Shown: positions 12,733-26,014, counted from the whole stretch's first letter. The stretch is DNA of 63,291 nt, filler included, from Octopus bimaculoides (GCF_001194135.2; 5 parts of 5 records of this genome joined end to end with filler, not necessarily neighbours in it); one strand, 5' to 3'. The notes: generated by a model not told the origin, from the letters alone. Program-made: numbers and translations.

Positions 12733-13544
12733 AGCATATTTCTGTGTCATTCCCACCTACAAAATTCCACAAAGCTTTAATAAGAAAACAAAACAAAACA
12801 CTTGCTCAAGGTGTAACACAGAGGGATTGAACCTGAAATCAAATGGCTAAGTAGCAAACTTCTAAACCACACAACCATGGCAATACCTTGGGAATTTGAG
12901 AACTGTTTCTCATTGAGGAAGGGTCTTTTTAGCTTTGTGAAGGATTTTGTAATTCTGTATATATATGTTTTTTTTTTTTTATTATCACAAAAAGACTGTT
13001 TGATAAGAAAAATAATTTAGGGAGTTTAGGAGGGGAGGGCCACTATTTTTTCTTAAGGCTCAGAAATGCTTGGTTTGTGTTTTCTGCTTTTCTTTTTTCT
13101 TTTTTTTCTTTCTGTTATTTTGTATGTGTACGTTTTGGGAGTGTTGGTTTAGGGGTAGAGTGGTACTTTGTTTATGGGACCCTTCTGTTGCATTTTATTT
13201 GTTGAACAAAAGAAAAACAAAGAAAAACCCAAAACATTTAGTATCTGTTACTTTTATTATTATTATTTAAACTCAGGAAACATCATTGTTTCTGGGTTTG
13301 TTCTTTTTTTAGGGGCAAAGATTTACTTTGTAAAGGAGTTTGTTTGAAAGCTTAGTGTTGCTCATATTTGTGGATAGTGGGGGTTAAGAATAAGGGAGTT
13401 GTTTTCTTAAGGGAATTGTTGTTGTTGTAAACATTTTCATTTTATTTACAGATAACAAAGAATTAGGGGTCTCTTGTTAAGGTTTCTTTTCTCTTGGGGT
13501 CTTTTGTTTCTTTCATTCCCCTTAAGGTATTTTGAAGATTGGGA

Positions 13545-14130
13545 TTAGAGAGAGAGTGGGGATAGAGGGAAAGTGAGGGAAAGAGACAAAGATATAGAAA
13601 TGTAGGGGTAAGATGATGAGAGAGAGAAAGACAGACCAACACAGAAAGAAGGAGAGAGGCAGGGATAGAGAGCTACAGACATTGAGAAAGAGGACGACAT
13701 AGACAGACAGTCAGAGAAAAAGATACATACAGAGAGAGGGAGGACAAATAGATGCAGGAAGAAATAGAGACAGGAGAGACAGACAGACAGAAAAAATGAG
13801 TGAGAAAAAGAGTCATAGACAGAGAGAGAGAGAATGGGGATAGATGGATGAACAGAGAAAAAGATAGATACATACAGAGAGAGAGAGAGAGAGAGGAGGA
13901 GGAGACAAATAAACACAAGAAGAAATAGAGACAAGAGAGAAAGGTAGAAAGAAAGAGAGAGACAAGCAAACAGTCAGACAGAGAGAAAGAAGAGAAATGG
14001 ATACATAGAGAGAGGTGAGAGAGAGAGAGAGAGAGAGGAAGAGACAAATAGACACAGGAAGAAATAGAAAAAGACGAGCAGGCAGATAGAAATAGAGAGA
14101 GTGAAAGAAAGAGAGTTGTTTTTCTTCAGG
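13545..14130. repeat. GA-rich low-complexity tract
   Basis: (GA)n/(GACA)n mosaic; explains the Leu/Ser-rich minus-strand ORFs. Confidence 0.85.
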
Positions 14131-14151
14131 GATTTTTGGCTTTGTTGTTAC

Positions 14152-14200
<49 letters not shown>

Positions 14201-14202
<2 letters not shown>

Positions 14203-14415
14203 GTCAGCTGGCAGATTCGTTAGCAGGCCGGGTGAAATGCTTAGTGCTATTTCGTCTACCACTACACTCTGAGTTCAAATTCCGCCAAGGTCGACTTTGC
14301 CTTTCATCCTTTTGGGGCCAATAAAGTACCAGTTGAGCACTGGGGTCAATGTAATCAACGTACCCCCTCCCAGAAATTGCTGGCCTTGTGCCAAAATTTG
14401 AAACCCTTATCATTA
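14201..14415 (+). mobile_element. SINE family A copy
   Basis: Follows an (ATT)n tract; contains gagttcaaattccgccaaggtcgactttgcctttcatcctttt and a ggccttgtgcc tail. Confidence 0.8.
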
Positions 14416-15009
14416 TTTGTTGATAAAAGAGTAACATTTCTGGGTCTCTTGAATTCTTTAAAGGCAAGACTATTTGGGGTGGGAGTCGGATTATAGCAAA
14501 AGAATTCCTTTCTGAAGAGAATTTGTTGCTTTAATCTCTCATTTTGTTTGTTGATAAAAAAAAATTAGTGGCCTAATTGTATTTTTTTGCTTTTAGGGGT
14601 AGAGTTTGGATTTTTTAAGGAAGTCTGCTTTTGTAACATTTTATTTTTTGCTTGTAAAAAAAATTGGAAGTTTATTGTAAATTTGTTTTTAATTAAGCTG
14701 TAGGGATTGCTTATTTTTTTGGTGCTTTTAAGGTATTTTAATTTAGTGGGTAGTATGGGACTGTCTTAAGTTAGTGGATTGTTGTCTGTGTTTTGTGTTA
14801 TTTTCTTAAAGTATAAAAGTGGGGAACTAGACTAACATTTTGTTTAATTTTTACTAGGCTGTGGGCTGGGGATTGGGGGTGGGTTCTTTTTTTTATCTTA
14901 AGGTATGTTGAACATTATGGATGCACACAACTGGTTTCCTAATTGGGTTTTTTTTTTGTTTTGTTGCATTATAATTTTGCTAACTAAAAACAAGGTTTAT
15001 CAATGGCAA

Positions 15010-16274
15010 TTAGCTAATTTTGAGGTGCTGAATCCAAATCTGGCATCAGATTTTTGAGATATATAAAATCTTTTAGTTCTGCTAGAAACAGCTATTTAAT
15101 GCTCATAAAGGAAGAATTAAACATACGTAGATGCAATTTTTAATTATGTCTTTTCATTAATCTAATAAATCAAAATACAAAACTGTGGGAGTAAATGTTC
15201 GTTAGCATGAAAGAATTAAACTTGGTAATCACAAAATATGAATACAAAATCTCTATTCATTGTGGTCCTCTTATTACTGCAAGAACTTCCGCCATTTTGA
15301 CAATCTCTTGTGCACAGCTTCTGGAATATCTCTCATCAAGCTCCAGCAGTAATCTACCATCATGTTTGAGTCCCATCGGCCTTCGTAGCATTCTTCCCTT
15401 ACTTTTACATCTTGATGAAAGTGTTTACCATATTCTCTGCTAACATCACCCAGATTCCACTCTGGAATCTCACCCAAGTAACTGTGGAAATAGTGCAATT
15501 TAATGCTCATTCTACATCCAAGTACTTGCAAACTCAAGGGCAACTCCTCCACACTCACTTGGTAGTTGTCAGCTTTCCTGCTCCGAAGGAAATTCCACAT
15601 CCCATCAGAGAAGGCATTCCATTGCACTCATTGTTGTAACAAAATATGGATCCTTGACAGGTGTTCTTATTCGAGATCTGTCAAATATTCCTGTCTTCTT
15701 TCTTCTCATCACTGAGACTTGGAGAGGTTGTACATATATATCTGAAGTTGCCTCCACTCTGATCAAGATCTTTGATGAATTGCTTTATCACACCAAGTTT
15801 CAACACGGGTTTTATTCTTGTCTCCAAGTGCTACTTTAAAATAAGCAAGATACACCTTCTTAACAAAGTTATTAACGTTGTGCCTTTGAGCCCGTGGAGT
15901 GAAGTTTCCGCAACCATAACAGAAGATATTGGAGTCATTACAGCACATCCTTCTTTTTTGATGCTGTATCCATAGCTAGATCATAGTGGCTCAGTTCACA
16001 CCTGAAAAGAAGAGGGAGGGTTTTAAAGCAAAGCTCATCTTGAACATATTATTCAAAATTGGCATGACAATCCAGCCAAAATTTCTGCAAAGAGTAGTGT
16101 AAAGTTAATTTTTGGTATGCTCCAGGTAATACTGAAGGTATATACTGATGGCACAAAAATGTGATGTGACGGAGCAAATCTGAGGTTAATTTTAGAATCA
16201 GCACTCAAAAATTAGTCTTAAACAGCTCTAAGAGTTTATGCCAGAAAATAAAAGTTTTATTTTGTTGACCAGTG
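15010..16274 (-). mobile_element. Internally deleted DNA transposon, Chapaev3/CMC-like
   Basis: N-terminus CCNDSNIFCYGCG...KVYLAYFKVALGDKNK (15948-~15810) is joined directly to IKLGVIKQF... and C-terminus LGCRMSIKLHYFHSYL...LGDVSREYGKHFHQDVKVREECYEGRWDSNMMVDYCWSL (15627-15274). Subterminal inverted repeats at 15013-15055 and ~16176-16216. The minus-strand 5' end reads CACTGGTCAACAAAA from 16274. Family name is from recall of these motifs. Confidence 0.7.
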
Positions 16275-16834
16275 TTAAAGTTTTGCCTGAAACTTATAGA
16301 ATATTTAAACATATGTACCCTTACATACACTTATGCAAGCACACACATATGTTTTTGTATTGTTTCTTTGGTCAGCCTGGAGTTAGAGTACATATGCCCA
16401 AGGTACTGTGCAGCAGGACTGAACTGTAATCCATGTGGTTGGGAAGTGAACTTCTTGATCACACATCCATGCCTACACCTGTAATAGAATGATATAATAA
16501 TATTTCTCATAAAAATATTATATTTATATTCTGAAGGGAAATGCTTCTTCAGTAATGGGGAAAAAAAGATTTTAACCCTTGGTGTGGCTATTCACATGCT
16601 ACAGAGTGGATTATAACAACTAATATAACTAGGTCTATTGTTCTGTTCCTAATTTAGTCCATGGTTAATAAAATACACTTTATCATTAATTTTATTATGT
16701 TCCAATGACTGACTAGAACTAAAAATAGTTCTGTGATATTTCTAACTAAATTTTTGAAAATATTGGTAGGGTCGTTAGAAAATTTTATTGATATAACTAA
16801 TAACTCTTAGTGGGATTTCTATAAGGATATGCAG

Positions 16835-17050
16835 AGGTATGTGGTTTAGTAGTTAGTGCTGCACTCATGATTGCAGGAATGTGGTTTCAATTCCTAGACT
16901 TAGTGATGTGTTGTGTTCTTGAGAAAAACACTTTTATTTTATGTTACTCCAGTCTAATCAACTGGCAAGAGTGAATAATCCTACAACAGACTGGTGTCCC
17001 ATCCAGGAGAGGAATATATACACCACAGAACCTGGGAAGCCAGCCTTTTG
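16835..17050 (+). mobile_element. SINE family C variant (decayed)
   Basis: gtggtttagtagttagtgct...gtggtttcaattcc...gtgttcttgagaaaaacactttt head and centre. Confidence 0.55.
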
Positions 17051-17579
17051 GCTCAAGAAGGACCTTTGATTCCACACTCTTTTTATTATTTTTTTTTGGA
17101 GACAAAGTAGGTTGATAAAGACTCACATCCAGAAATTCACTGGAAATAAATTCATGTCTGTTGTGGTTGAAAGAACCATTAAAGAAGAGAATTAGATCCT
17201 TTCTAATTCTGTTCATAGCAGAGGAGTGGTGAACAGGTCACAACCTTTCAAGATTCCTTTCTAAATTAAAGAACTGTTCCCTAAGTTGAAACAGTATAAA
17301 TAGACTTATCAATTCAGTGACCTCTGCAGAATCTTTTCTCCTCATATTCACATCAAATGCAGTGCTAGCAGGTTTTCTCTTTTTTTTCTTTCTTATAAGT
17401 ATTGTCGTTGAAGTTCATCACTATTTTCCACACATGAGAAACATTGCTTTTGAAATCTGAACTTACAAAACTTTTAATTTTTTTGTAAATTCAATTTATT
17501 TATATTTACAATATATTCCTCCTCCTCCTCCTCATCATCATTGTTGGCTTCATTTTTACACCTGCTTTTTCCTTGCTGA

Positions 17580-17935
17580 CATCAACTCAGCAAATGTATC
17601 AACCCCAGAATTTATCTTCTTTTTAAGGCTGGTACTTATTCTATCAGTCACTTTCATGAAATCAATTCAATGACCTCTGCAGAATCTTTCGGGGATGTAG
17701 ACACACCAACACCGGTTGTCAAGCATAGTTGGGGACGATCACAGACAGAAAAACATAGACACACATTTATGCATGATGGGTTTCTTTCCATTTTGGTCTA
17801 CCAGATCCACTCACAAGGCCTTGGTCAGCCCAAGGCTATAGTAGAAAACACTTGCCCAAGGTGCCACACAGTGGGACTGAACCTGGAACTATATAGTTGG
17901 GATGCAAATTCTTACCTATGTATACATACAAAATA

Positions 17936-17999
<64 letters not shown>

Positions 18000-18150
18000 A
18001 TGATGATCTTCTTTCAGTTTCTGTCTGCTAAATACAACACTTTGGTTGAACTAAGGCACTTGCCCAAGTTGCCAAACAGTGGGACTGAACTTGGAAACAT
18101 ACGACTGGAAAGCAAGCTTCTTATCACAGAGCCACATCTGTGCCTACACA
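17580..18150 (-). mobile_element. Two SINE family B copies (one near full length, one head only)
   Basis: ctaccagatccactcacaaggccttggtcagcccaaggctatagtagaaaacacttgcccaaggtgccacacagtgggactgaac is the reverse complement of the family B head. A similar head fragment lies at 16300-16460. Confidence 0.75.
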
Positions 18151-18760
18151 TATATTCACATGCACACACACATGTGTGTGAGTATATATATATATATATA
18201 CATATCATCATCATCATTGTTTAAGGTCAAATTAGATACAGTGTTTAAGTTTGAATCTTTTGAGCACTACTAATAGATAACTCGGTACATACTTAGAAAC
18301 AACAGTCCCTGTGTATCAAGTTTCACTCACAAACATTGGAGAGCCCAAAACTGCATCAGAAGGTACTCAGCCAAATTGACACCCAGTGGGATGAGAAACC
18401 AAAACCATGGGTACACCAGATAAAACCCCTAATCACACAGTCATGCCCGCACCTTCCAAATATCTTTACAATATGACTCATCACTATTTTACTTAATTGG
18501 CAAGAAAAAATACTGAGAAATTAATTAGCTTTGATTATTGTTTGCGGTGTTTTTTAGTGACTCTTTTGTACGATATCACCACCATCCTTCGGTAGAAAAA
18601 AAGATATGAATGTGTATGTTATTGTTATTGTTATTGTTGGTGTTGTTGTCATTGCTTATCATTGTTGTTGCTGTTGTTCTTGTACTTTAGAAAATTACCT
18701 TATTTATTCTATTATTTTTTATTAATGATTCACTTTATAGAAATACCTTCATTAAAAATT

Positions 18761-19670
<910 letters not shown>

Positions 19671-19902
19671 AGGCCAGATTTGTTGTCGGATAAAGCTTTG
19701 ATTCTAAAACATCAAGTACTACATTTGTACTTTATTACCATAATTATTATTTCAAAGCTATTGCATGCTACTTCAGTAAGCAGGGAGCTTTGCTAACATC
19801 TCAAATCTCAGGAATCTTCTCAGGATTCTTGCAGAGAATAGGATGGTATTCTTTGCAGATCAACAAGCTGAGTTTGAACTGCAATCTCTTCAAGAGCAGT
19901 TT

Positions 19903-20300
19903 GGGTGTTGTACCAAGGGTATTCAGCTCATGATCATAACATCATGAGTTTAGTTCACTGTAGCAATGTTGTGTCCTTGAGCAAGACACTTTATTTCACA
20001 TTGCTCCAGTCCACTCAGCTGGCAAAAATGAGTTGTACCTGTAATTCAAAAGGGGCCAGCCTTGTCACATTCTGTGTCATGCTGAATTACCCTGAGAATT
20101 ATGTTAAGGGTACATGTGTCTGTGGAGTTCTCAGCCTTTTGCACATTAATTTCATGAGTAGGCTATTCCATTGATTGGGTCAAGTGGAACCCTTATCAAC
20201 ATAACCGACAGAATGCCAATGTCCTTGAGCAAGACAAGTAGACTATTCCATTGATAGGTTCAGCTGGAACATTTATCATTGTAACTGACAGAATGCCAGT
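19903..20300 (+). mobile_element. SINE family C with partial tandem duplication of its tail
   Basis: gtgtccttgagcaagacac and the tail (ctattccattgat...aaccgacagaatgcca) each occur twice. Confidence 0.8.
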
Positions 20301-20435
20301 TGGTGGGTGTTGTGCCCAGTGCATTAATTACCACAGAAATAACCATTCAAAATCTTTTAGCCTTCCTGTCTAGGTCTTGATATTTGTCAAATATTTTTCA
20401 ATTCCTTTGACATGCAGTAAGTTTCTTCTGATCTT

Positions 20436-20672
20436 TACATTCTGAGTTCAGATTCCACAAAAATCTACTTAGCCTTTATCATTCCTGGCTTTGATAAAAT
20501 AAAGTACAAAAGTACAAGATTAGAACAGATGTTAAAACAATTGACTGTAACACCACCAACAGCAACAACAAATTTAATGAGTTCGATTTCATATTTATTC
20601 TGTTTTGCACTACACTGTTCTTAGGCAAAAACCGAGAATGCATATGTACATATATACATGTGCATGAATGTA

Positions 20673-20718
<46 letters not shown>

Positions 20719-21006
20719 TGCAGCGTGGAAGGTGTTTATAAGCCATTTAAAATAACACACAAAATCCGTTAGATTCANNNNNNNNNNTACATTCTGAGTT
20801 CAGATTCCACAAAAATCTACTTAGCCTTTATCATTCCTGGCTTTGATAAAATAAAGTACAAAAGTACAAGATTAGAACAGATGTTAAAACAATTGACTGT
20901 AACACCACCAACAGCAACAACAAATTTAATGAGTTCGATTTCATATTTATTCTGTTTTGCACTACACTGTTCTTAGGCAAAAACCGAGAATGCATATGTA
21001 CATATA
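20436..21006. repeat. Exact 219-bp direct duplication across a 10-N gap
   Basis: 20436-20654 is identical to 20788-21006 by inspection. Confidence 0.9.
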
Positions 21007-21032
21007 CATACACACACACATACACATATATA

Positions 21033-21445
21033 GGCGCAGGCATGATTGTGTGTTAAGAAGCTTGCTTCCCAACCATATGGTTCTGTGTTCAGTCCCACTG
21101 CATGGCATCTTCGGCGAGTGTCTTCTACTATAGCTTTGGCCCAACCTAGTCTTGTCAGTAGATTTGGTAGACGGAAACTGAAAGAAGCCCATTGTGTGTG
21201 TGTGTGTATATATATGTATAAAGTATGTATGTATTTGTATGTCTGTGTTTCTACGCCCACCATCACTTGACAATCGATGTTGGCGTGTGTACATCCCCGT
21301 AACTTAGTGGTTTGGCAAAAAGACAGTGATCGAATGAGTACTAGGCTCACAAAGAATAAATGCTGTGGTCAATTTGTTCAACTAAAGGCGATACTCCAGC
21401 ATGGCCACAGTCAAATGACTGAATGAAGTAAAAGAATAAAGGAAA
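21033..21445 (+). mobile_element. SINE family B, full length with internal (TG)n(TA)n
   Basis: tRNA-like head, gagtgtcttctactatagc centre, gacggaaactgaaagaagccc, internal microsatellite, tail ctaaaggcgatactccagcatggccacagtcaaatgactgaa...taaaagaataaa. Confidence 0.85.
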
Positions 21446-21469
21446 GAATATATATATATATATATATAA

Positions 21470-21605
21470 TTTACATTATTTACATTGGACAGAGATGTGT
21501 CCTCATCTTGTTTGTTGCTACTACAACATTTTGGCTGATTTACTGTCCACCCTTCATCAGGTGTCGTAGAATTTTGAACCCAACCCTCGGTTCTCATTCC
21601 TAAGG
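21470..21605 (-). mobile_element. Penelope-like terminal repeat with decayed hammerhead-like motif
   Basis: Minus strand: gacac-CTGATGA-a-gggtg-gacagtaaat-cagcc-aaaat-gtt-gtagt. Confidence 0.45.
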
Positions 21606-21691
21606 TATATATAATATGTATATGTATATATGTATATATATGTATATATATATATGTGGATGTATATCTATGTGTATATCTATGTATGTAT

Positions 21692-22987
21692 GCATCTAAT
21701 GTCCAAAGTTTGGCACTTGCTTGCTGGATTATGTCATCATCTGCAAGCACGACTTCTATGACATTTGTAATGTCAAGTCCTTCCATGGATCGGAATGCTG
21801 GACAGACCACAGTCTGGTGTGATCAAAGTTCCGAATGGTAATTAGAGTGAAAGAGAGAAGAGGACCAGTCAGCATTCCTCGCCATCTAAATGTCCACAAG
21901 GTATATGATGTTGTAGTTAGGAAAGAACTTCAGACTCGCTTGTCCAGCATTGAAACTGCTGCAGCATGAGAGGATTTTTGAGACCAGGTTCTACAATGTG
22001 CAGCCGAAACCCTGGGATATGTTACTGCCAGACACAGAGACTGGTTTGACAAGAATGATGCTGAAGTTCAGCGACTATTGGTGGTAAAGCACCATGCCCA
22101 CAGTGTATTGCTACACAGAGATCTGTCTACTGTGCAGCGAAGTCTAGCACTTGCCCACTATAACAATGTAAAATCACTACTGCAGCGATCTCTCAGGAAG
22201 ATGCAGAACACTTGGTGGGAGGATCTTGCTTGTGATGTTCAGGCTGCTGCTGATGCAAATGACAGCAAGAAGCTTTACCATCTTATGAAGCGAGCTTATG
22301 GACCCAAGAGCTCCACATCAGCTCCTTTGCTTTCCAAGGAGTCTTCCACCCTGTTTACTAAATCAACAGAAATCACAGGTCGCTGGATCGAACGCTTCTC
22401 TGAACTCCTAAACCATGAGTCAGTTGTGGATGAAACAGTGATTGATACTATGCAACAAAGACTTATCATTGGCTCCTTTAGACTCTTCGCCCTCAATAGC
22501 TGAAGTAATGACATTAATAAGTAAATTGAATCTTGGCAGGGCACCTGGAAAGGATGGAATTTCTGCTGAGGTCTTGCGATTTGGTGGTAATTACATCACA
22601 CAGTCCCTTCATGAACTTATTAGTGCTGTCTGGAAGGATGGTGCAATCCCTAAGGACTGGAAGGATGCAATTATTCTTCCTCTATATAAAGGAAAAGGAG
22701 CCAGAACCTGTAGAGAATGGTGTCAAGCAGGGTGACATCCTTGCCCCAACTCCCTTTTCTTTGTACTTTGCTGCTGCTTTTACTCATGCTTTTGCTAAGG
22801 TTAGCTCTCTGGGAATTTATGTCAGATATCGATCTTCTGGCCGCCTCTTTAATCTTCGCCGATTTGCTGCCAATTCAAAGGTTCTCCATTCTATTATTCG
22901 TGACCTCCTTTATGCAGATGACTGTGACTTAGTCACTCATACAGTGGATGACATGCAAATACTCATGAATTGCATTTCTGCTTCTTG
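21692..22987 (+). mobile_element. RTE-clade LINE fragment (end of endonuclease, linker, partial RT), decayed and internally deleted
   Basis: Peptides LDYVIICK...ECWTDHSLV, RHRDWFDKND, WWEDLACDVQAAADANDSK, RAPGKDGISAEVL, IPKDWKDAIILPLYKGKG joined directly to GVKQGDILAPTPFSLYF, then RSSGRLFNLRR and LLYADDCDL (RT YADD). Confidence 0.92.
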
Positions 22988-23191
22988 CAAGACATAGAAT
23001 GTAATTAAATTAGAACAGATGGACGCATTAGTATAATTATACCTAAAATCTCCAAGAAGTTAAGGAAATAGACAAAGAACATGTTGTCTCTACTTCAGTA
23101 TAGAAGTCTATCGCCTTAACTTCTTGGAGATTTTAGGTATAATTATACTAATGTGTCCATCTGTTCTAATCTAATTACATTCTATGTCTTT
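22988..23191. mobile_element. MITE-like near-perfect palindrome
   Basis: Arms of ~84 bp (caagacatagaatgtaatta.attagaacagatggac.cattagtataattatacctaaaatctccaagaagttaagg..atagac) with 4 mismatches and a ~32-nt spacer. Confidence 0.85.
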
Positions 23192-23341
23192 GTGCAGCTG
23201 AGGATTGGTCTGCATTTCAAATCGAAGTAATGATTGCATTGTTCAATTAAATGGAGTTGCATGAAACGATCGTACTGCATTACCTCTGGATATTGTTGTT
23301 GCGTATTTTGATATATATGTATATGTATATATATGTATGTA

Positions 23342-23423
<82 letters not shown>

Positions 23424-23428
<5 letters not shown>

Positions 23429-24355
23429 ACATGTGGCAAGAATGGATGAAGATAGCTGTGTGAAAAAGTGCCACACCCTAACAGTTGAGGGAACCTGTGG
23501 AAGAGGTAGACCCAGGAAGACCTTGGGATGAGGTGGTGAAGCATGACCTTCGATCTTTAGGCCTCACCGAGACAATGACCAGTGACCGGGACCATTGGAA
23601 ATATGCAGTACGTGAGAAGACCCGGCAATGCAAGTGAGAGCATAATCTGTGACCTCTGCCAGAAGTGTAGCCAGCTCACTAATCCGTATCTTTACTTCAT
23701 TGGACACTAAAAACCCTGCTTGCGAAGACCTGTTGAGGCAAGTGATTTTGGAATTTGGAATTTGGAATCTGAAATCGAAATCAAACCGAATCTGATGACT
23801 GGCACCCATGCCAACCTTTCCTTCATTGGACACTAAACGCTGCTTGCGAAGACCTGTTGGGGCAAGTGAAATCATAATTGAACCATACTCGATGACTGGT
23901 CACCACGCCAGTGGAGTACTAACAGCACTGTCGAGCGTGTTCATTGCCAGAGCAGCTGTCTGGCTTCCGTGCTAGTGGCCCGTAAATAGCACCATTAGAG
24001 CGTAATCGTTACCAGCGTTGCCTTCTAGCACTTGTGCTGGTGGCACGTTAGAAAATCATTAGAGCGAGGTCATTGCCAGTGCCACTGGACTGCCTCCCGT
24101 GCAGGTGGCACATAAAAAACACCTTTTCGAGCATGGCTGTTGCCAGTACCACCTGACTGGCCTTCGTGCCGGTGGCATGTAAAAGCACCCACTACACTCT
24201 CGGAGTGGTTGGCGTTAGGAAGGGCATCCAGCTGTAGAAACTCTGCCAGATCAGATTGGAGCCTAGTGCAGCCTTCTGGCTTGCCAGTCCTCAGTCAAAT
24301 CGTCCAACCCATGCTAGCATGGAAAGTGGACATTAAATGATGATGATGATGATGA
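23424..24355 (+). mobile_element. RTE LINE 3' end: ORF C-terminus, ~700-bp 3'UTR and (GAT)n tail
   Basis: [33 protein letters not shown], +1 shift, (W)[36 protein letters not shown] is a typical RTE C-terminus. The UTR has internal repeats. Confidence 0.9.
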
Positions 24356-24357
24356 TA

Positions 24358-25644
24358 CAGAGTGCAGTGAATAAATTGTCATCTAAATTACGTAAAAATT
24401 AAAATAACACTGACATCTCATTATAACAGTTATATATGCACCAAAATTACATAAAATTGTCTTGAAATACTAAAGTGTAAAGTTATTCAATAAAATCGCC
24501 ATGGCCTCCAGAGGACTTCAGAATCTCCTGTGTCTTTTCTGGACAGTCTCCTTGTTTAAGTTGTGGAACGCTACCATAATCCTTGCATTCAATTCATCTT
24601 TGGTGTTACAGGGAGTTTTGTTCTCTTGCTCAACTGTGCCCCGTGTGTAATAATCAAGGGGTTTGCAGTGTGGTGAGTTAGGTGGCAAGATGTTAGGGGT
24701 GATGTGGTTGCAAAAATTGTCTGACAGCCATGACTGGGTTCTCCTGTTTATGTGGCATGGTGCAGAGTCCTGTTGCAAGATATAGTGTCTTCCAGCAGCC
24801 TCCCTCTTGATCCAAGGCAGCTCTACCTCCTCCAAGCACTTGGTGTAGGCCTCTGTGTTAAGTCTGAAGCCGTGTGGAAAGATGAATGGAGGCATAACAT
24901 CGCTATCACTAGTGATCGCTCCAAACACCATGATGTTGGCTGGCTGTTTGATTTTTATCACTCTTAGTACATGTTTTGGGGACATGGCAAGGCAACGGTT
25001 GTTCTGTGCATTCACCAACTGATCCTGGCAGAAACTTCTCTCATCTGAGAAAAGTCCAAGCATGTTTTGTTGGAGAGGATGCTTGAGTTTGTCCAAAAGC
25101 TTTGTAACATGGCCTTTCCTCTTGTACTTGATGGCTTAGAATAAAAATTGGCCCTTTCTCATCTTGTATGAGGAATACCGAATGTCTTCATATGTTACCT
25201 GTCTGATAAGAAACTCAGACACTCCCATCTCCGTGGTGATGGACCTGATTGACTTGGAAGGATCATTGTCAATCATGGCCTGAATCTCACCAACAAATTC
25301 AGTTCTTTTCTTATCAGAGGGATTATAGTGAGTTTTCTGAGCTGCTGTACCTTCGTAATCTCCATTGGACTCATCCAACTCTCTGGAGATTCTCTACACT
25401 GTCCTCAGATTGACACCCAAACACTCTGAAATGTTCATATTGGAGCCTCCAGTGCAAATGCCAAGGCCATACAGCATGTCATTTCCAAATTTCTGGCTGA
25501 GTGAATTGTGTTATGGTGCTGTTTTCGTCACAGACAGTGATCGACTAACCCTACTACTGTGTAGCTGACAAAATCAAATACAAACAGTGTGCATGTGCAA
25601 AATTAAAAATATATAAATGGCGAAAATTTATCCTGTGCACACCG
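24358..25644 (-). mobile_element. Full-length Tc1/mariner element, DD37D (maT-type), decayed ORF
   Basis: TA at 24356-57 and 25645-46. Termini CAGAGTGCAGTGAATAAATTGTC and (reverse complement) CGGTGTGCACAGGATAAATTTTC match at 17/23. Catalytic FSDE, QQDSAPCH and SPHCKPLDY, with 37 residues counted between the 2nd and 3rd Asp. HTH region upstream contains stops. Confidence 0.9.
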
Positions 25645-25817
25645 TATATATATATATATATATATACGTTAGGAAGGGCATCCAGCTGTAGAAACTCTGC
25701 CAAATTTAGATTGGAGCCTGGTGTTGCCATCCGATTTCACCAGTCCACAGTCAAATTGTCCAACCCATGGTAGCATGGAAAGCGGACGTTAAACGATGAT
25801 GATGATGATGATGATGA

Positions 25818-25851
<34 letters not shown>

Positions 25852-26014
25852 CATATATATATAAAATATATATATAGGCATATATACATACATATATGTA
25901 CATACTTACATACATATATGGGTACAGGATGTCACAAAACGTAAACATGAAATACAAGACAAACTTTTTTTGCAAACAACGAAAGAAATGGAAAAGAACA
26001 CAAGTAAATATATA

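Noticed and set aside
12950-14960. T/G-skewed segments (12950-13540, 14410-14960) as a decayed LINE or PLE
   Set aside because: The skew is suggestive, but no diagnostic peptide motif could be recovered, so they are not listed as features.
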